Assembly: GCF_905480005.1 (NCBI RefSeq)
Contig: NZ_CAJQOO010000047.1
Coordinates: forward strand, 351 to 64,350
Length of the DNA: 64,000 nt
Direction of reading: 5' to 3'
Source: an uncultured Maricaulis sp.
GTDB lineage: Bacteria; Pseudomonadota; Alphaproteobacteria; Caulobacterales; Maricaulaceae
This document shows, in pieces, positions 45,773-55,476 of this stretch. The position numbers and the translations under genes are program-made. Numbering within the stretch: position 1 is the first letter of the stretch; the number at the start of each line of letters is the position of its first letter. Under the pieces are notes generated by a model, which did not search any database, was not told the DNA's origin, and was given only the letters and a program-made list of their open reading frames with translations.

Positions 45773-48277
45773 TCAGTACAGACCACCCAGCTCGTCATCC
45801 TCTTCCTCTTCTTCCCCGTCATCCTCCTCAGCGAGCAGGAAGGCGAGCGGGTCATCACTGACCGAGGACCGGGCGAAGCTGAGACCGCTTTCTTCCTCAT
45901 CCGTCTGACGCGACGGCTCGGTGCCCGGACGGAAGGCTTCAAGAATGATACCGGACTGACCCAGCACACCGGGCTCGCCATCGACCCGATTGACCGGGGC
46001 CAAACGGACCCCCGGCGGAACGCGGAAAGGCGCGACCGGATACCCTTCAAGGGCCACTGCCAGGAAATCACGCGCAATCGGCGCCGCGACACGGCCGCCA
46101 GCCTCACCGCTACCCAGCTGGAAGGGCGTATCAAAGCCGACATAGACACCGACCACGAGGTCGGGGCCAAATCCCATGAACCAGGCATCGCGGAAGTCAT
46201 TGGTGGTGCCGGTCTTGCCAGCCAGCGTCCAGGGAAGCGGGCGCAAGGCGGTGCCGGTACCGCGCTGAACAGCGCCTTCCAGCATGTTCACAACCTGATA
46301 CGCCGTCACGGGATCGATCACTTCTTCACGGGTCTCCGGGAAGAGCGGTTCCAGTACCTCACCGCGCTCCCACGCGGTCACATCACAGGTCTCGCACGGC
46401 AGGACCTCATGAGCGAAAATCGTGGCACCGGAGCGATCCTGGACACGGTCAATAATGGTCGGCTCAACGCGGCGCCCCCCATTGACCATCGTCGCATAGG
46501 CGGAGACCAGGCGATAAAGCGTGGTTTCCCCGGCACCCAGCGACATCGCAAGAACCGGTTCCAGCTCGTCGTAAATCCCGAAGCGCGTGCCATAGTCGAC
46601 GATCGGTGACATGCCCATTTCCTGGGCCAGGCGGACCGTCATCACATTGCGCGACAATTCCAGGCCCAGACGCAGGGTCGACATGCCGTAATAGCGTTCG
46701 GAATAGTTGGATGGCATGTAGAAACGCTCATCCGGACCGCCCGTGGCGATGAAGGGAGCATCGAGGATCAAACTGGCCGGCGTATAGCCATTATCCAGCG
46801 CCGATGCATAGACAAAGGGCTTGAAGGCCGAGCCGGGCTGACGACGGGCCTGCGTCGCCCGGTTAAACTGGCTGTGCTGGAAGGAATAGCCGCCCACCAT
46901 CGCCAGAACCCGGCCGGTATGCGGATCCATGGCCATGATGCCGCCATTGATCGCGGGCACCTGGCGCAGGCCGTACTGGCCATCCTCAAAGCCTTCCTCG
47001 TCGGCCAGGCTCTCCACCAGGATGACATCACCGGCCGTGAGAACTTCGGACGGCCGCGAAACGACCGGCCCGATCTCGCCATCAGGGAGAGTCTCGCGCG
47101 CCCATTCCAGCGCCGCCATCGGGATCGAGCCTTCCTCGCCATTGAGGAAGCCGATGCGGGCCGCACCAGCGCTGGTCTCGAGGACCACCGCCTGCAGCCA
47201 GCCGTCATCAAGATCACGCGGGATGTCTGCTTCCGCCAGGCGCTCGGCCCAGCCCTCACCCAGCTCGATGGTCGACAAGGCCCCGCGATAGCCGTGACGG
47301 CGATCATAGGTTTCCAGCCCGCCGCGCAACGCGTCCCGCGCCGCCAGCTGCATGCGCGTATCCAGTGTTGTGCGGATCGACAGACCGCCGTCGTAAAGCT
47401 CGTCCTCGCCATAGAGCGAGAAGACTTCCCGCCGCACATTCTCGACGAAATATTCGGCGGCGGTGTAAGTCGCACCGGACAGTCGATCGACCGTCTCAAG
47501 AGGTTGCGCCATCGCTTCGCGGGCCGCTTCCTCGGTCACAAAGCCATTCTCGGCCATGCGCGAGAGCACCCAATTGCGACGCTCGATCGCGGCGTCATGA
47601 TACCGGTCCGGGTGGTAATTTGCCGGACCTTTCGGCAGGGCTGCGAGATAGGCGATTTCATGCAGGTCAAGCTCGTCGAGCGACTTGCCGAAATAGTTCA
47701 ACGCGGCCGCGGCCACGCCATAGGCGCGATTGCCGAGATAAATTTCGTTGAGATAGAGTTCGAGGATCTGGTCCTTGGTAAAAGCGCGCTCGATCCGGCG
47801 CGACAACACCATCTCCTGCACCTTGCGTTCAAGGCGCTGCTCACTGGAGAGCAGGAAATTCTTGGCGACCTGTTGGGTAATGGTCGACGCCCCCTCGAGG
47901 CGACGCCCATTGATCACATTGCTGATATTGGACAGTCCGGCGCGGATGATGCCGCGAAAATCGAGCCCGCCATGTTCGTAGAAATTCTTGTCCTCGGCAG
48001 AAATGAAGGCGTGAACCACATTTTGCGGGATATTCGCGATCGGCACGAAGACCCGGTGTTCACGGGCGTATTCGGCGATCAGCAGGCCATCGCCGGCATG
48101 AACCCGGCTCATGATGGGCGGCTCGTATTCCGCCAGCTGCTGGTAGTCCGGCAGATCATCGGTGACGCGCACCACATAGACAGCCACGGCGATGAATCCG
48201 ATGACGGCCAACACGACAGCAGCGATCCCGCCCCAAAGGGCTGTCCGCAAGACGTTACGCAAGGTGAAGATCTTCAT
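45773..48277 (-). CDS. mrcA: Penicillin-binding protein 1A (bifunctional glycosyltransferase/transpeptidase)
   Basis: 834 aa. N-terminal TM, GT51 motifs (FISAEDKNFYEHGG, GASTITQQVAKN, RKVQE), transpeptidase SAFKP and KTGTTND. Acidic C-terminal tail. Confidence 0.95.
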   Translation of the reverse strand: MKIFTLRNVLRTALWGGIAAVVLAVIGFIAVAVYVVRVTDDLPDYQQLAEYEPPIMSRVHAGDGLLIAEYAREHRVFVPIANIPQNVVHAFISAEDKNFYEHGGLDFRGIIRAGLSNISNVINGRRLEGASTITQQVAKNFLLSSEQRLERKVQEMVLSRRIERAFTKDQILELYLNEIYLGNRAYGVAAAALNYFGKSLDELDLHEIAYLAALPKGPANYHPDRYHDAAIERRNWVLSRMAENGFVTEEAAREAMAQPLETVDRLSGATYTAAEYFVENVRREVFSLYGEDELYDGGLSIRTTLDTRMQLAARDALRGGLETYDRRHGYRGALSTIELGEGWAERLAEADIPRDLDDGWLQAVVLETSAGAARIGFLNGEEGSIPMAALEWARETLPDGEIGPVVSRPSEVLTAGDVILVESLADEEGFEDGQYGLRQVPAINGGIMAMDPHTGRVLAMVGGYSFQHSQFNRATQARRQPGSAFKPFVYASALDNGYTPASLILDAPFIATGGPDERFYMPSNYSERYYGMSTLRLGLELSRNVMTVRLAQEMGMSPIVDYGTRFGIYDELEPVLAMSLGAGETTLYRLVSAYATMVNGGRRVEPTIIDRVQDRSGATIFAHEVLPCETCDVTAWERGEVLEPLFPETREEVIDPVTAYQVVNMLEGAVQRGTGTALRPLPWTLAGKTGTTNDFRDAWFMGFGPDLVVGVYVGFDTPFQLGSGEAGGRVAAPIARDFLAVALEGYPVAPFRVPPGVRLAPVNRVDGEPGVLGQSGIILEAFRPGTEPSRQTDEEESGLSFARSSVSDDPLAFLLAEEDDGEEEEEDDELGGLY

Positions 48278-48374
48278 TGTGCCCTCTGGCCACTCTACCC
48301 GCAGGTCAGGCTGTTTGGTTGAGCATGACTCCGAGGCGCCATTATGGCCGCGCTCGGTCCGGGTTTAAAGGGAG

Positions 48375-49586
48375 TCAGCGGGCCGGAAGTGCAATCGTCT
48401 CACGATCGGCAAACATCTCATCGCCGCGATTGGCGAAATAGTCGTCGATACCGCGGACAATCGAGGTCATCTGGCGACGGCGATAACTCGCCGACGTCAG
48501 ATTGCCATGATCGGCCCGATTGGTCAGGAAACCCATTTCCACCAGAACCGCCGGAACCCGGGAATCGAGCAGAACGAAGAGATTGGCCTGACGATGCGGA
48601 TTGGCCAGAAGCGGACCGGCGCTGTCGAGATGCTCCAGCAGGACTTCCGCGAAGGCCGATGACTGGTTGCGCTTCTCGCGCAGCTCAAGCTCGACAAGGA
48701 TATTGTTCACATCCGCGTGCGAGGTGTGGTTCGCGCCCTCACGGGCCCGTTGACGCGCCCGGTTTTCTGCCCGGTCATTGAGCGTATAGACCGCCGCGCC
48801 ACGCACACCGGAATTCTGCGACGAGTCCGAATGCAGCGAGATAAACAGGTCCGCGCGGGATTCCGCCATCACGCCGACACGCTGTTCCCAGGACGGATAG
48901 ACGTCCCGATCACGGGTCAGAAGCACTTCATAACGCCCGGTCGCCTCGAGTTGACGCCGCAGCTCGCGCGCGGCTTCCAGGGCGATATCGGCTTCCTGGG
49001 TGCCATGCAGGCCGATCGAGCCGGGATCGCGTCCGCCATGGCCGGGGTCGACAACGACGACACGACGCTCGCGCTGCGGCGGCACGTAAACGGCCTCGAC
49101 GCGTTCGGCGATCAGCGAATCGAGCGAGTCGGCCCGGGTGTGTTCGAAGCCGGATGCGCTCTGGAAACTGTCGGAACTGGACCGTTCCACATCGATGACC
49201 AAACGGTGATTGCCGCCCGGCGTCGCCGGGTCGAGCGCGAACTGGTTCACGATGACGGCAGGATGTTCGAGTTCGAAAACCACGCGAGAGCTGGATGCGG
49301 AATTGTCGAAAAAGCGGAAAGCATCCACCAGACCATGCCCGACACCCTCGCCTGATGCGAGATTGGCGACAGACCAGCGTGACGACGGCAGGTCCACGAC
49401 CAGTCGATCAGCCAGACCGTCCAGCGTAAAGGCCCGGAAGTCGGCAGGCTCGGATGTCTCGATGACAACCCGCGTCGTGGAGACATCCACGCCGAAACGC
49501 ACATCGCGCACTTCCTGGTCGGCCAGACCCGGTCCGCAAAGCGTCAAGGCGCCTGTCAACGCCACTAAAAACTGTTGAACCCGCAT
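48375..49586 (-). CDS. amiC: N-acetylmuramoyl-L-alanine amidase (AmiC-type: AMIN domain + Amidase_3)
   Basis: Signal peptide MRVQQFLVALTGALTLCGPGLA and an AMIN-like N-domain (VRFGVDVSTTRVVIE...LVVDLP). Amidase_3 motifs follow (VVVDPGHGGRDPG, SLHSDS, VLVEMGFLTN). The real start is at 49586, and the track's 49691 start is an extension. Confidence 0.9.
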   Translation of the reverse strand: MRVQQFLVALTGALTLCGPGLADQEVRDVRFGVDVSTTRVVIETSEPADFRAFTLDGLADRLVVDLPSSRWSVANLASGEGVGHGLVDAFRFFDNSASSSRVVFELEHPAVIVNQFALDPATPGGNHRLVIDVERSSSDSFQSASGFEHTRADSLDSLIAERVEAVYVPPQRERRVVVVDPGHGGRDPGSIGLHGTQEADIALEAARELRRQLEATGRYEVLLTRDRDVYPSWEQRVGVMAESRADLFISLHSDSSQNSGVRGAAVYTLNDRAENRARQRAREGANHTSHADVNNILVELELREKRNQSSAFAEVLLEHLDSAGPLLANPHRQANLFVLLDSRVPAVLVEMGFLTNRADHGNLTSASYRRRQMTSIVRGIDDYFANRGDEMFADRETIALPAR

Positions 49587-50061
49587 CACTACACCATCGC
49601 ACACACCGTGATTCTGTCCACGGCTTTTGCGTAACGCTAGCGCATGGAACTTGACGTTTCGTTGATGCCGGAACGGAATTTTGCCGTGCAATTCACCGAC
49701 GGCGCGAAAGCCTTTTCATCCGCATTCGAATGTTGCATGTTGCCAAGGCCTTGACGACGCACCACCGGATTGCCGGTCGAGTGCGGAAGCGAGGCGCGAA
49801 GCGGTCGACCCAAGCTGTCGGCCAAAACGCTAATCGTCGCCCCGGTCCGACCGAAGATTATTCCGGGGCCCCGACCGCCGCGTCCTCCCAATCATGGTGC
49901 GGGACGCTTATGGTAACTGCCGATGCGCGGGGAGCGCCTGATGCCTAGAGCACTGAAAACAGGCCGCACCCCGTCCATCTCGCCCCCGCCGCCTCTTCCG
50001 TCCCTGTCTCGCCGACTGGCGAGCAGCAGATATTCGAGCGCGCGCGCAGGAGACGACTTTA

Positions 50062-52803
50062 ATGTCCAAGAAAATGTTGATCGATGCGGGTCATCCAGAA
50101 GAGACCCGCGTCGTCGTGCTCGACGGTTCGAAAGTTGAGGATTTTGACTTCGAAGCGGCCGCCCGCCGCCCCATTCGCGGAAATATCTATCTCGCCAAGG
50201 TAACCCGGGTTGAGCCCTCCTTGCAGGCGGCTTTTGTGGAGTATGGCGGCAATCGCCACGGCTTCCTGGCCTTCAACGAGATTCATCCCGACTATTATCA
50301 GATCCCCTATGAGGACCGTGTCGCCCTCGCCGAGGAAGAAGCATCCGCGGCTGACGAGGACGAGGACGAGCCGGAAGACGCCAAGGCCGAATCCGCCCCG
50401 AAATCCGACAACGCCTCCGCCGATGCGGACCCGGACGGTGATGCTGACGGTGAGTCCGAAGCACCCGAAACCATCGGTGATGACAGCGAAGACGACGATA
50501 TCAGCGACCAGCAGGCCGCGCGTCGCCGTCGCCAGATGCTGCGCCGGTACAAGATCCAGGAAGTCATCAAGCGCCGCCAGATCCTTCTGGTCCAGGTCGC
50601 CAAGGAAGAGCGCGGCAATAAGGGCGCGGCCCTGACGACCTATCTCTCGCTGGCCGGTCGCTATTGCGTGCTGATGCCGAACACGCCGCGTGGTGGCGGG
50701 ATCTCCCGCAAGATCTCCAACGCGTCCGACCGCAAGCGTCTGAAGTCCGTTGTTTCGGAGCTGGAATTGCCCAAGGGCGTCGGTCTGATCATTCGGACCG
50801 CCGGTGCCTCACGGACCAAGACCGAGATCAAGCGCGATGCCGATTATCTGCTTCGCCTGTGGACCAATATCCGCGAGCTGACGCTGAACTCCGTGGCGCC
50901 GTCGCTGATCTATGAGGAAGGCAATCTGGTCAAGCGCGTGATCCGCGATCTCTATGACAAGGAGATCGACAGCGTACAGGTGGAGGGCGAAGAGGCCTAC
51001 AAGGAGGCGAAAGCCTTCATGAAGATGCTGATGCCCAGCCACGCCAAGAAGGTGCAGCACTACAAGGAAACCGTGCCGCTCTTCCTGCGTCACCAATGCG
51101 AATCCCAGCTCGAGGCGATCTATTCCGACGTCGCTCCGCTCAAGTCCGGCGGTTATCTGGTCATCAATCCGACCGAAGCCCTGGTCTCGATCGACGTCAA
51201 TTCGGGCCGCTCGACGCGTGAACGCAACATTGAGGCGACCGCGCTCAAGACCAATCTCGAGGCGGCTGCGGAAGCGGCTCGCCAAATGCGTCTGCGCGAC
51301 CTCGCCGGCCTGATTGTCATCGACTTCATCGATATGGACGAGAACAAGAATAATCGTGCCGTCGAGAAGAAGATGAAGGACATGCTGAAGCGCGACCGGG
51401 CCCGCCTGCAGGTGGGTCGGATCTCGCAATTCGGCTTGATGGAAATCTCCCGCCAGCGGCGCCGCTCGAGCCTGCTGGAAGGGTCGACCACTACTTGTCC
51501 CACCTGTAAGGGCACCGGACATTTGCGCTCCACCGAGTCGAGCGCCCTCGTCGCTCTGCGCGGCCTGGAGAAGGAAGGCACGCGTGGTCGCGCGAAGCGG
51601 ATCCGTATTTCGGTCCCGACCGCGGTTGCGATCTACCTGCTCAACGAGAAGCGTGATCACCTGCTGATGATCGAACAGCGTTTCTCGATGCGTATCTCCG
51701 TGGAAGCCGACGATTCGATCCTGGCACCGGAATTCTCGATCGAAGCCCTCGAGAACCGTGAGCCGGGCGAAGAATTGACGATGGCACCGCTGTCTGTGGA
51801 GTCGATTGAAGAGATCGAGATCCCGGACACGCCGGAAGAGGAAAGCGCCGAGAGCGAAGACGAGAACCGCGAAGGTGGCGGTCGTCGCCGTCGTCGTCGC
51901 CGGCGTCGCAAATCCTCCTCCGAGGACAGCAACGCCGCCATGGAAGTGGTCAATGTCGAAGGTTCGGATGATGAGGCCGCAGAGGCTTCAGGTGAGGAAT
52001 CCGGCAATCGCGACGCCCAGGGTGAAGATGGCGAGGACCAGCCGCGCCGTCGCCGTCGCCGCGGGCGCCGGGGTGGACGGGGACGTCGTCGTACCGAAGG
52101 CGAAGCATCGACTGAGGACAATGCCGCATCGGCTGAAACTGGCGAGTCCGAGACGGCAGAGACCGCGGCGGACGCCGTGAGCGAAGCCACGACTGACGCA
52201 CCAAAGGACGCACCAGAGAACACACCGGCAGACACACCGGCAGACGTACCGGCAGACGCGGCACCCGCCGAAGAAAAGCCGAAGCGCAAGCGTGCCCCGC
52301 GTCGCAAGAAGACCGAGACCGAAGCGCCTGTCGAAGCTGGCGCGGAAGAGACTGCCGACGTCACGGCCGACGCGCCGGACGAGGCGCCGGCAGCGGCCGA
52401 GGAAGCGCCCAAGAAGCGGACACGTCGGCCGCGCAAGAAGGCCGCGGAACCTGCTGCTGATGCCGCGACCGACACGCCGGAGGCCGAAACAGCCAAATCG
52501 GTCGAGGACGAAGCGCCGAAGCCGAAGCGGCGGACACGTCGCAAGAAAGCGGACGAGCCAGAAGCGGAGGCAGCAAAGCCTGCTCCCAAGCCTGCTCCCA
52601 AGGCCGCCCCGAAGGCCGCCGCCAAAACGGCTCCCAAGGCTGCCGCAAAACCGGCCGCTGCTGCAGAAACCGAGAAGGCAGCGACGGAATCCGACGACAC
52701 ACCGCGTGAAACCGAAGCTGCCGACGCCGGCACGGCCGAGAGTGATGACGGCAAGCCGAAGCGTCGTGGCTGGTGGAACCGGACGGGCTTGTTCGGGAAC
52801 TGA
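50062..52803 (+). CDS. rne: Ribonuclease E
   Basis: 913 aa. MSKKMLIDAGHPEETRVVVLDG, an S1 domain (GNIYLAKVTRVEPSLQAAFVEYGG) split by an acidic insert, catalytic DNase-I-like and Zn-link motifs (VSIDVNSG, CPTCKGTG), then ~350 aa of low-complexity Arg-rich/acidic/Ala-Pro-Lys tail. Confidence 0.96.
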   Translation: MSKKMLIDAGHPEETRVVVLDGSKVEDFDFEAAARRPIRGNIYLAKVTRVEPSLQAAFVEYGGNRHGFLAFNEIHPDYYQIPYEDRVALAEEEASAADEDEDEPEDAKAESAPKSDNASADADPDGDADGESEAPETIGDDSEDDDISDQQAARRRRQMLRRYKIQEVIKRRQILLVQVAKEERGNKGAALTTYLSLAGRYCVLMPNTPRGGGISRKISNASDRKRLKSVVSELELPKGVGLIIRTAGASRTKTEIKRDADYLLRLWTNIRELTLNSVAPSLIYEEGNLVKRVIRDLYDKEIDSVQVEGEEAYKEAKAFMKMLMPSHAKKVQHYKETVPLFLRHQCESQLEAIYSDVAPLKSGGYLVINPTEALVSIDVNSGRSTRERNIEATALKTNLEAAAEAARQMRLRDLAGLIVIDFIDMDENKNNRAVEKKMKDMLKRDRARLQVGRISQFGLMEISRQRRRSSLLEGSTTTCPTCKGTGHLRSTESSALVALRGLEKEGTRGRAKRIRISVPTAVAIYLLNEKRDHLLMIEQRFSMRISVEADDSILAPEFSIEALENREPGEELTMAPLSVESIEEIEIPDTPEEESAESEDENREGGGRRRRRRRRRKSSSEDSNAAMEVVNVEGSDDEAAEASGEESGNRDAQGEDGEDQPRRRRRRGRRGGRGRRRTEGEASTEDNAASAETGESETAETAADAVSEATTDAPKDAPENTPADTPADVPADAAPAEEKPKRKRAPRRKKTETEAPVEAGAEETADVTADAPDEAPAAAEEAPKKRTRRPRKKAAEPAADAATDTPEAETAKSVEDEAPKPKRRTRRKKADEPEAEAAKPAPKPAPKAAPKAAAKTAPKAAAKPAAAAETEKAATESDDTPRETEAADAGTAESDDGKPKRRGWWNRTGLFGN

Positions 52804-52812
52804 CCAGGATAA

Positions 52813-52852
52813 GGGTTGCCCGGCGCGTCCGGGCAACCCATCTTGGTTCTTG
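52813..52852 (+). terminator. Terminator of rne
   Basis: GGGTTGCCCGG-5 nt-CCGGGCAACCC 11-bp stem followed by a T-rich ATCTTGGTTCTTGT. Confidence 0.72.
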
Positions 52853-52912
52853 TGGTGTCATGGGGTGATGCTGCTATCATAGGCCGAGCGGGGGCCGATC
52901 AGTGGAGGCAGG

Positions 52913-54277
52913 ATGTCTGTCCTGAAAACCGTCGCTACAGCCTGCATGCTTGCTGTGGCCGCACATGCGCCGAGCCTGAGTCAGTCTCTGATTCGGGACA
53001 CGGAAATCGAGCATATGTTGCGCGATTACGCTGACCCGATACTTGATGCTGCCGGCCTGGAGTCGGCCGATGTCGATCTCTACATCGTAGCGGATCCCTC
53101 GCTGAACGCCTTCGTTACCGGGGGCCAGAACATATTTCTGCACACCGGTATCATTCTGGAATCCGAGACACCGAACCAGCTGATTGGTGTCATTGCCCAC
53201 GAGGCCGGACATATTTCCGGCGCCCATCTGGCTCGAATTGGCGATGGCATTACCGCAGCCCAGGCGCCGATGTTCATCAGTCTTGGTCTGGGCGTTCTCG
53301 CTGCCCTGGCGGGCGAAGGCGGAGCAGCCGGCGCTCTGCTGGCCTCCTCACAGCAATTCGGTGCCCTCTCCTTCATGACCTATAGCCGGGCCCAGGAAGC
53401 GTCCGCCGATCAGGCCGGGCTGCAATTCCTCGAAGCCAGCGGACAATCAGCCGAAGGTCTCGTGCAATTCTTCGAACGCTTTCGCTATCAGGAAGTGATG
53501 TCGAATGCCCGGCGCTTCCCCTATTTCCGCTCCCACCCGTTGTCATCGGAGCGGATCGCCAATCTGCGGGGTGGCGCGACCGAGTCGCCTTATTACGAGA
53601 CTGAGGACAGCGCTGGGGAAATGGCCCGCCTGGCCCGGATCCAGGCCAAGATCTACGGCTTCCTCGCCGAACCGCAATTCGTTTTCTACCGGTATCCCGA
53701 GAGCGATCAGTCGCTGCCGGCGCGGTATGCGCGTGCGGTGGCCTACTATCATGACGCACGGCTCGACCGTGCACTCGAGGAGATTTTGAGCTTGCTCGAG
53801 GAAGAGCCGGAGAACCCGTATTTCCACGAATTGCACGGGCAGATGCTGTTCGAAAGCGGCCACGTGGAAGACGCGATCATACCCCATCGGCAATCTGTCG
53901 ACCTGGAGCCCACGGCGCCCTTGCTGCGAGTCAATCTGGCCATCGCGATGATCGCGACCGAGGACGCGGCCTATCAGGATGAGGCGGCCCGGCATTTGCG
54001 CGTCGCGCTCGATATCGAGCCCGACAATGGCTTTGCCTGGTATCAGCTCTCCATCATCCACGAGCGCAATGGCGACACGGCCCTGGCCCAACTGGCGATC
54101 GCCGAACAGTCCTACGCCGCCGGCAATCGGCCTCGTGCGCACCAGTTTGCAACGCGCGCCCGCGCCGAGCTGGAAGTCGGGACACCGGCCTGGGTTCGGG
54201 CGACCGAGATTGAAGCTGTTTCCCTGCCCACCGCAGCGGAATTGCGTCAGATCCGGCGCCAGCAACGTCGCAACTGA
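52913..54277 (+). CDS. Periplasmic M48-family zinc metalloprotease with TPR domain (BepA/YfgC-like)
   Basis: Signal peptide MSVLKTVATACMLAVAAHA, HExxH in VIAHEAGHISGAH, and C-terminal TPR-like repeats. Confidence 0.87.
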   Translation: MSVLKTVATACMLAVAAHAPSLSQSLIRDTEIEHMLRDYADPILDAAGLESADVDLYIVADPSLNAFVTGGQNIFLHTGIILESETPNQLIGVIAHEAGHISGAHLARIGDGITAAQAPMFISLGLGVLAALAGEGGAAGALLASSQQFGALSFMTYSRAQEASADQAGLQFLEASGQSAEGLVQFFERFRYQEVMSNARRFPYFRSHPLSSERIANLRGGATESPYYETEDSAGEMARLARIQAKIYGFLAEPQFVFYRYPESDQSLPARYARAVAYYHDARLDRALEEILSLLEEEPENPYFHELHGQMLFESGHVEDAIIPHRQSVDLEPTAPLLRVNLAIAMIATEDAAYQDEAARHLRVALDIEPDNGFAWYQLSIIHERNGDTALAQLAIAEQSYAAGNRPRAHQFATRARAELEVGTPAWVRATEIEAVSLPTAAELRQIRRQQRRN

Positions 54278-54288
54278 CCGGGGATTGA

Positions 54289-55476
54289 ATGGCGCCTCCA
54301 CCGGCTGATGACGGCGAGACCGGGTCGCCGCCGATCACCGTACAGGCGATCGAGGGCCTGAGCGCTTTGTCACGAGACGCTTGGGACGCACTGGCCAATC
54401 CGGCCAATGCCGAGTTCGACCCTTTCCTGAGCTGGGATTTCCTTGAAGCGCTCGAAGCCAGCGGCTGTGTCGGTGAGGAAAGTGGTTGGTTGCCCCGGCA
54501 TCTTGTGGCCACCGGCCCGGATGGCAAATTGGTCGGCGCCCTCCCGCTCTACGCAAAGACCCATTCGATGGGCGAATATGTCTTTGATCACGCCTGGGCC
54601 GACGCTTATGACCGCGCCGGCGGACAGTATTATCCCAAACTCCTGAGCGCGATTCCCTTCACCCCGGCGACCGGACGCCGCGTACTGGCCGACAGCGCCG
54701 CCATGCGCCGCGCGCTGGCGCAAACAGCCTGCGAACTGACCGAACGCTGGGGCTGTTCCGGATGGCACGTGAATTTCCCCGATGCCCCAACCGCGAGCGA
54801 GCTCGATGAGAGCGGCCTGCTGGCCCGGATCGACCGGCAATTCATATGGTCCAATCGGGACTATGCCGATTATGACGCCTTTCTCGCCGATCTCAGCTCC
54901 CGCAAGCGCAAGGCCCTGCGCAAGGAGCGCGCCGCCGCGCAGGACGGTATCGAGATCGAGCACCTGACCGGCGCGGCCTTGCAGCCAGAGCATTGGGACG
55001 TCTTCTACGCCTGCTACCAGGAAACCGGGTCGCGCAAATGGGGTTACCCCTATCTCAATCGCGCCTTCTTCGACCTCATCCATCAGCGCATGCCCGATCG
55101 CGTCTTGCTGGTCATGGCCAAGAAGGCGGGCCGCTATATCGCCGCGGCGCTCAACCTGATCGGCTCGCACGCGCTCTATGGCCGCTATTGGGGCAAGCTC
55201 GACGATCATCCTTACCTGCATTTCGAGCTCTGCTATCACCAGGCCATCGACGCCGCGATTGCCCGCGGGCTGAGCCGCGTCGAGGCGGGTGCCCAAGGCG
55301 AGCACAAGCTGGCCCGCGGCTATCGCCCGCGAGAGGTTCGTTCGGCTCATTTCATCGCCAATCCCGGATTTCGCGACGCCGTCGCGCAATATCTGGATCA
55401 GGAACGCGCAGCCGTACGGACTGACATCCGGCTCCAGGACGCGGAGAGCCCGTTTCGGCGGGACCAGACGTCGTGA
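54289..55476 (+). CDS. GNAT-fold acyltransferase, DUF482 / FemAB-like family
   Basis: 395 aa. N-terminal W..L.......PF..W.FL.ALE.SG block, PLY.K.HS.GEYVFD and YGRYWG, typical of DUF482. Confidence 0.78.
   Translation: MAPPPADDGETGSPPITVQAIEGLSALSRDAWDALANPANAEFDPFLSWDFLEALEASGCVGEESGWLPRHLVATGPDGKLVGALPLYAKTHSMGEYVFDHAWADAYDRAGGQYYPKLLSAIPFTPATGRRVLADSAAMRRALAQTACELTERWGCSGWHVNFPDAPTASELDESGLLARIDRQFIWSNRDYADYDAFLADLSSRKRKALRKERAAAQDGIEIEHLTGAALQPEHWDVFYACYQETGSRKWGYPYLNRAFFDLIHQRMPDRVLLVMAKKAGRYIAAALNLIGSHALYGRYWGKLDDHPYLHFELCYHQAIDAAIARGLSRVEAGAQGEHKLARGYRPREVRSAHFIANPGFRDAVAQYLDQERAAVRTDIRLQDAESPFRRDQTS

Noticed and set aside
49637-50138. Small ORFs in the amiC-rne spacer (84 aa minus strand, 72 aa and 71 aa plus strand).
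   Set aside because: They have no RBS, their composition is atypical (Gly/Arg/Pro-rich), and they overlap one another. The region is better explained as an rne leader and divergent promoters.
51800-52700. Repetitive DNA in the 3' half of rne, considered as a possible tandem repeat or CRISPR-like array.
   Set aside because: The repeats are imperfect, in-frame and codon-level (Arg, Ala-Pro-Lys, Glu/Asp runs) within a continuous ORF. There is no repeat-spacer periodicity.
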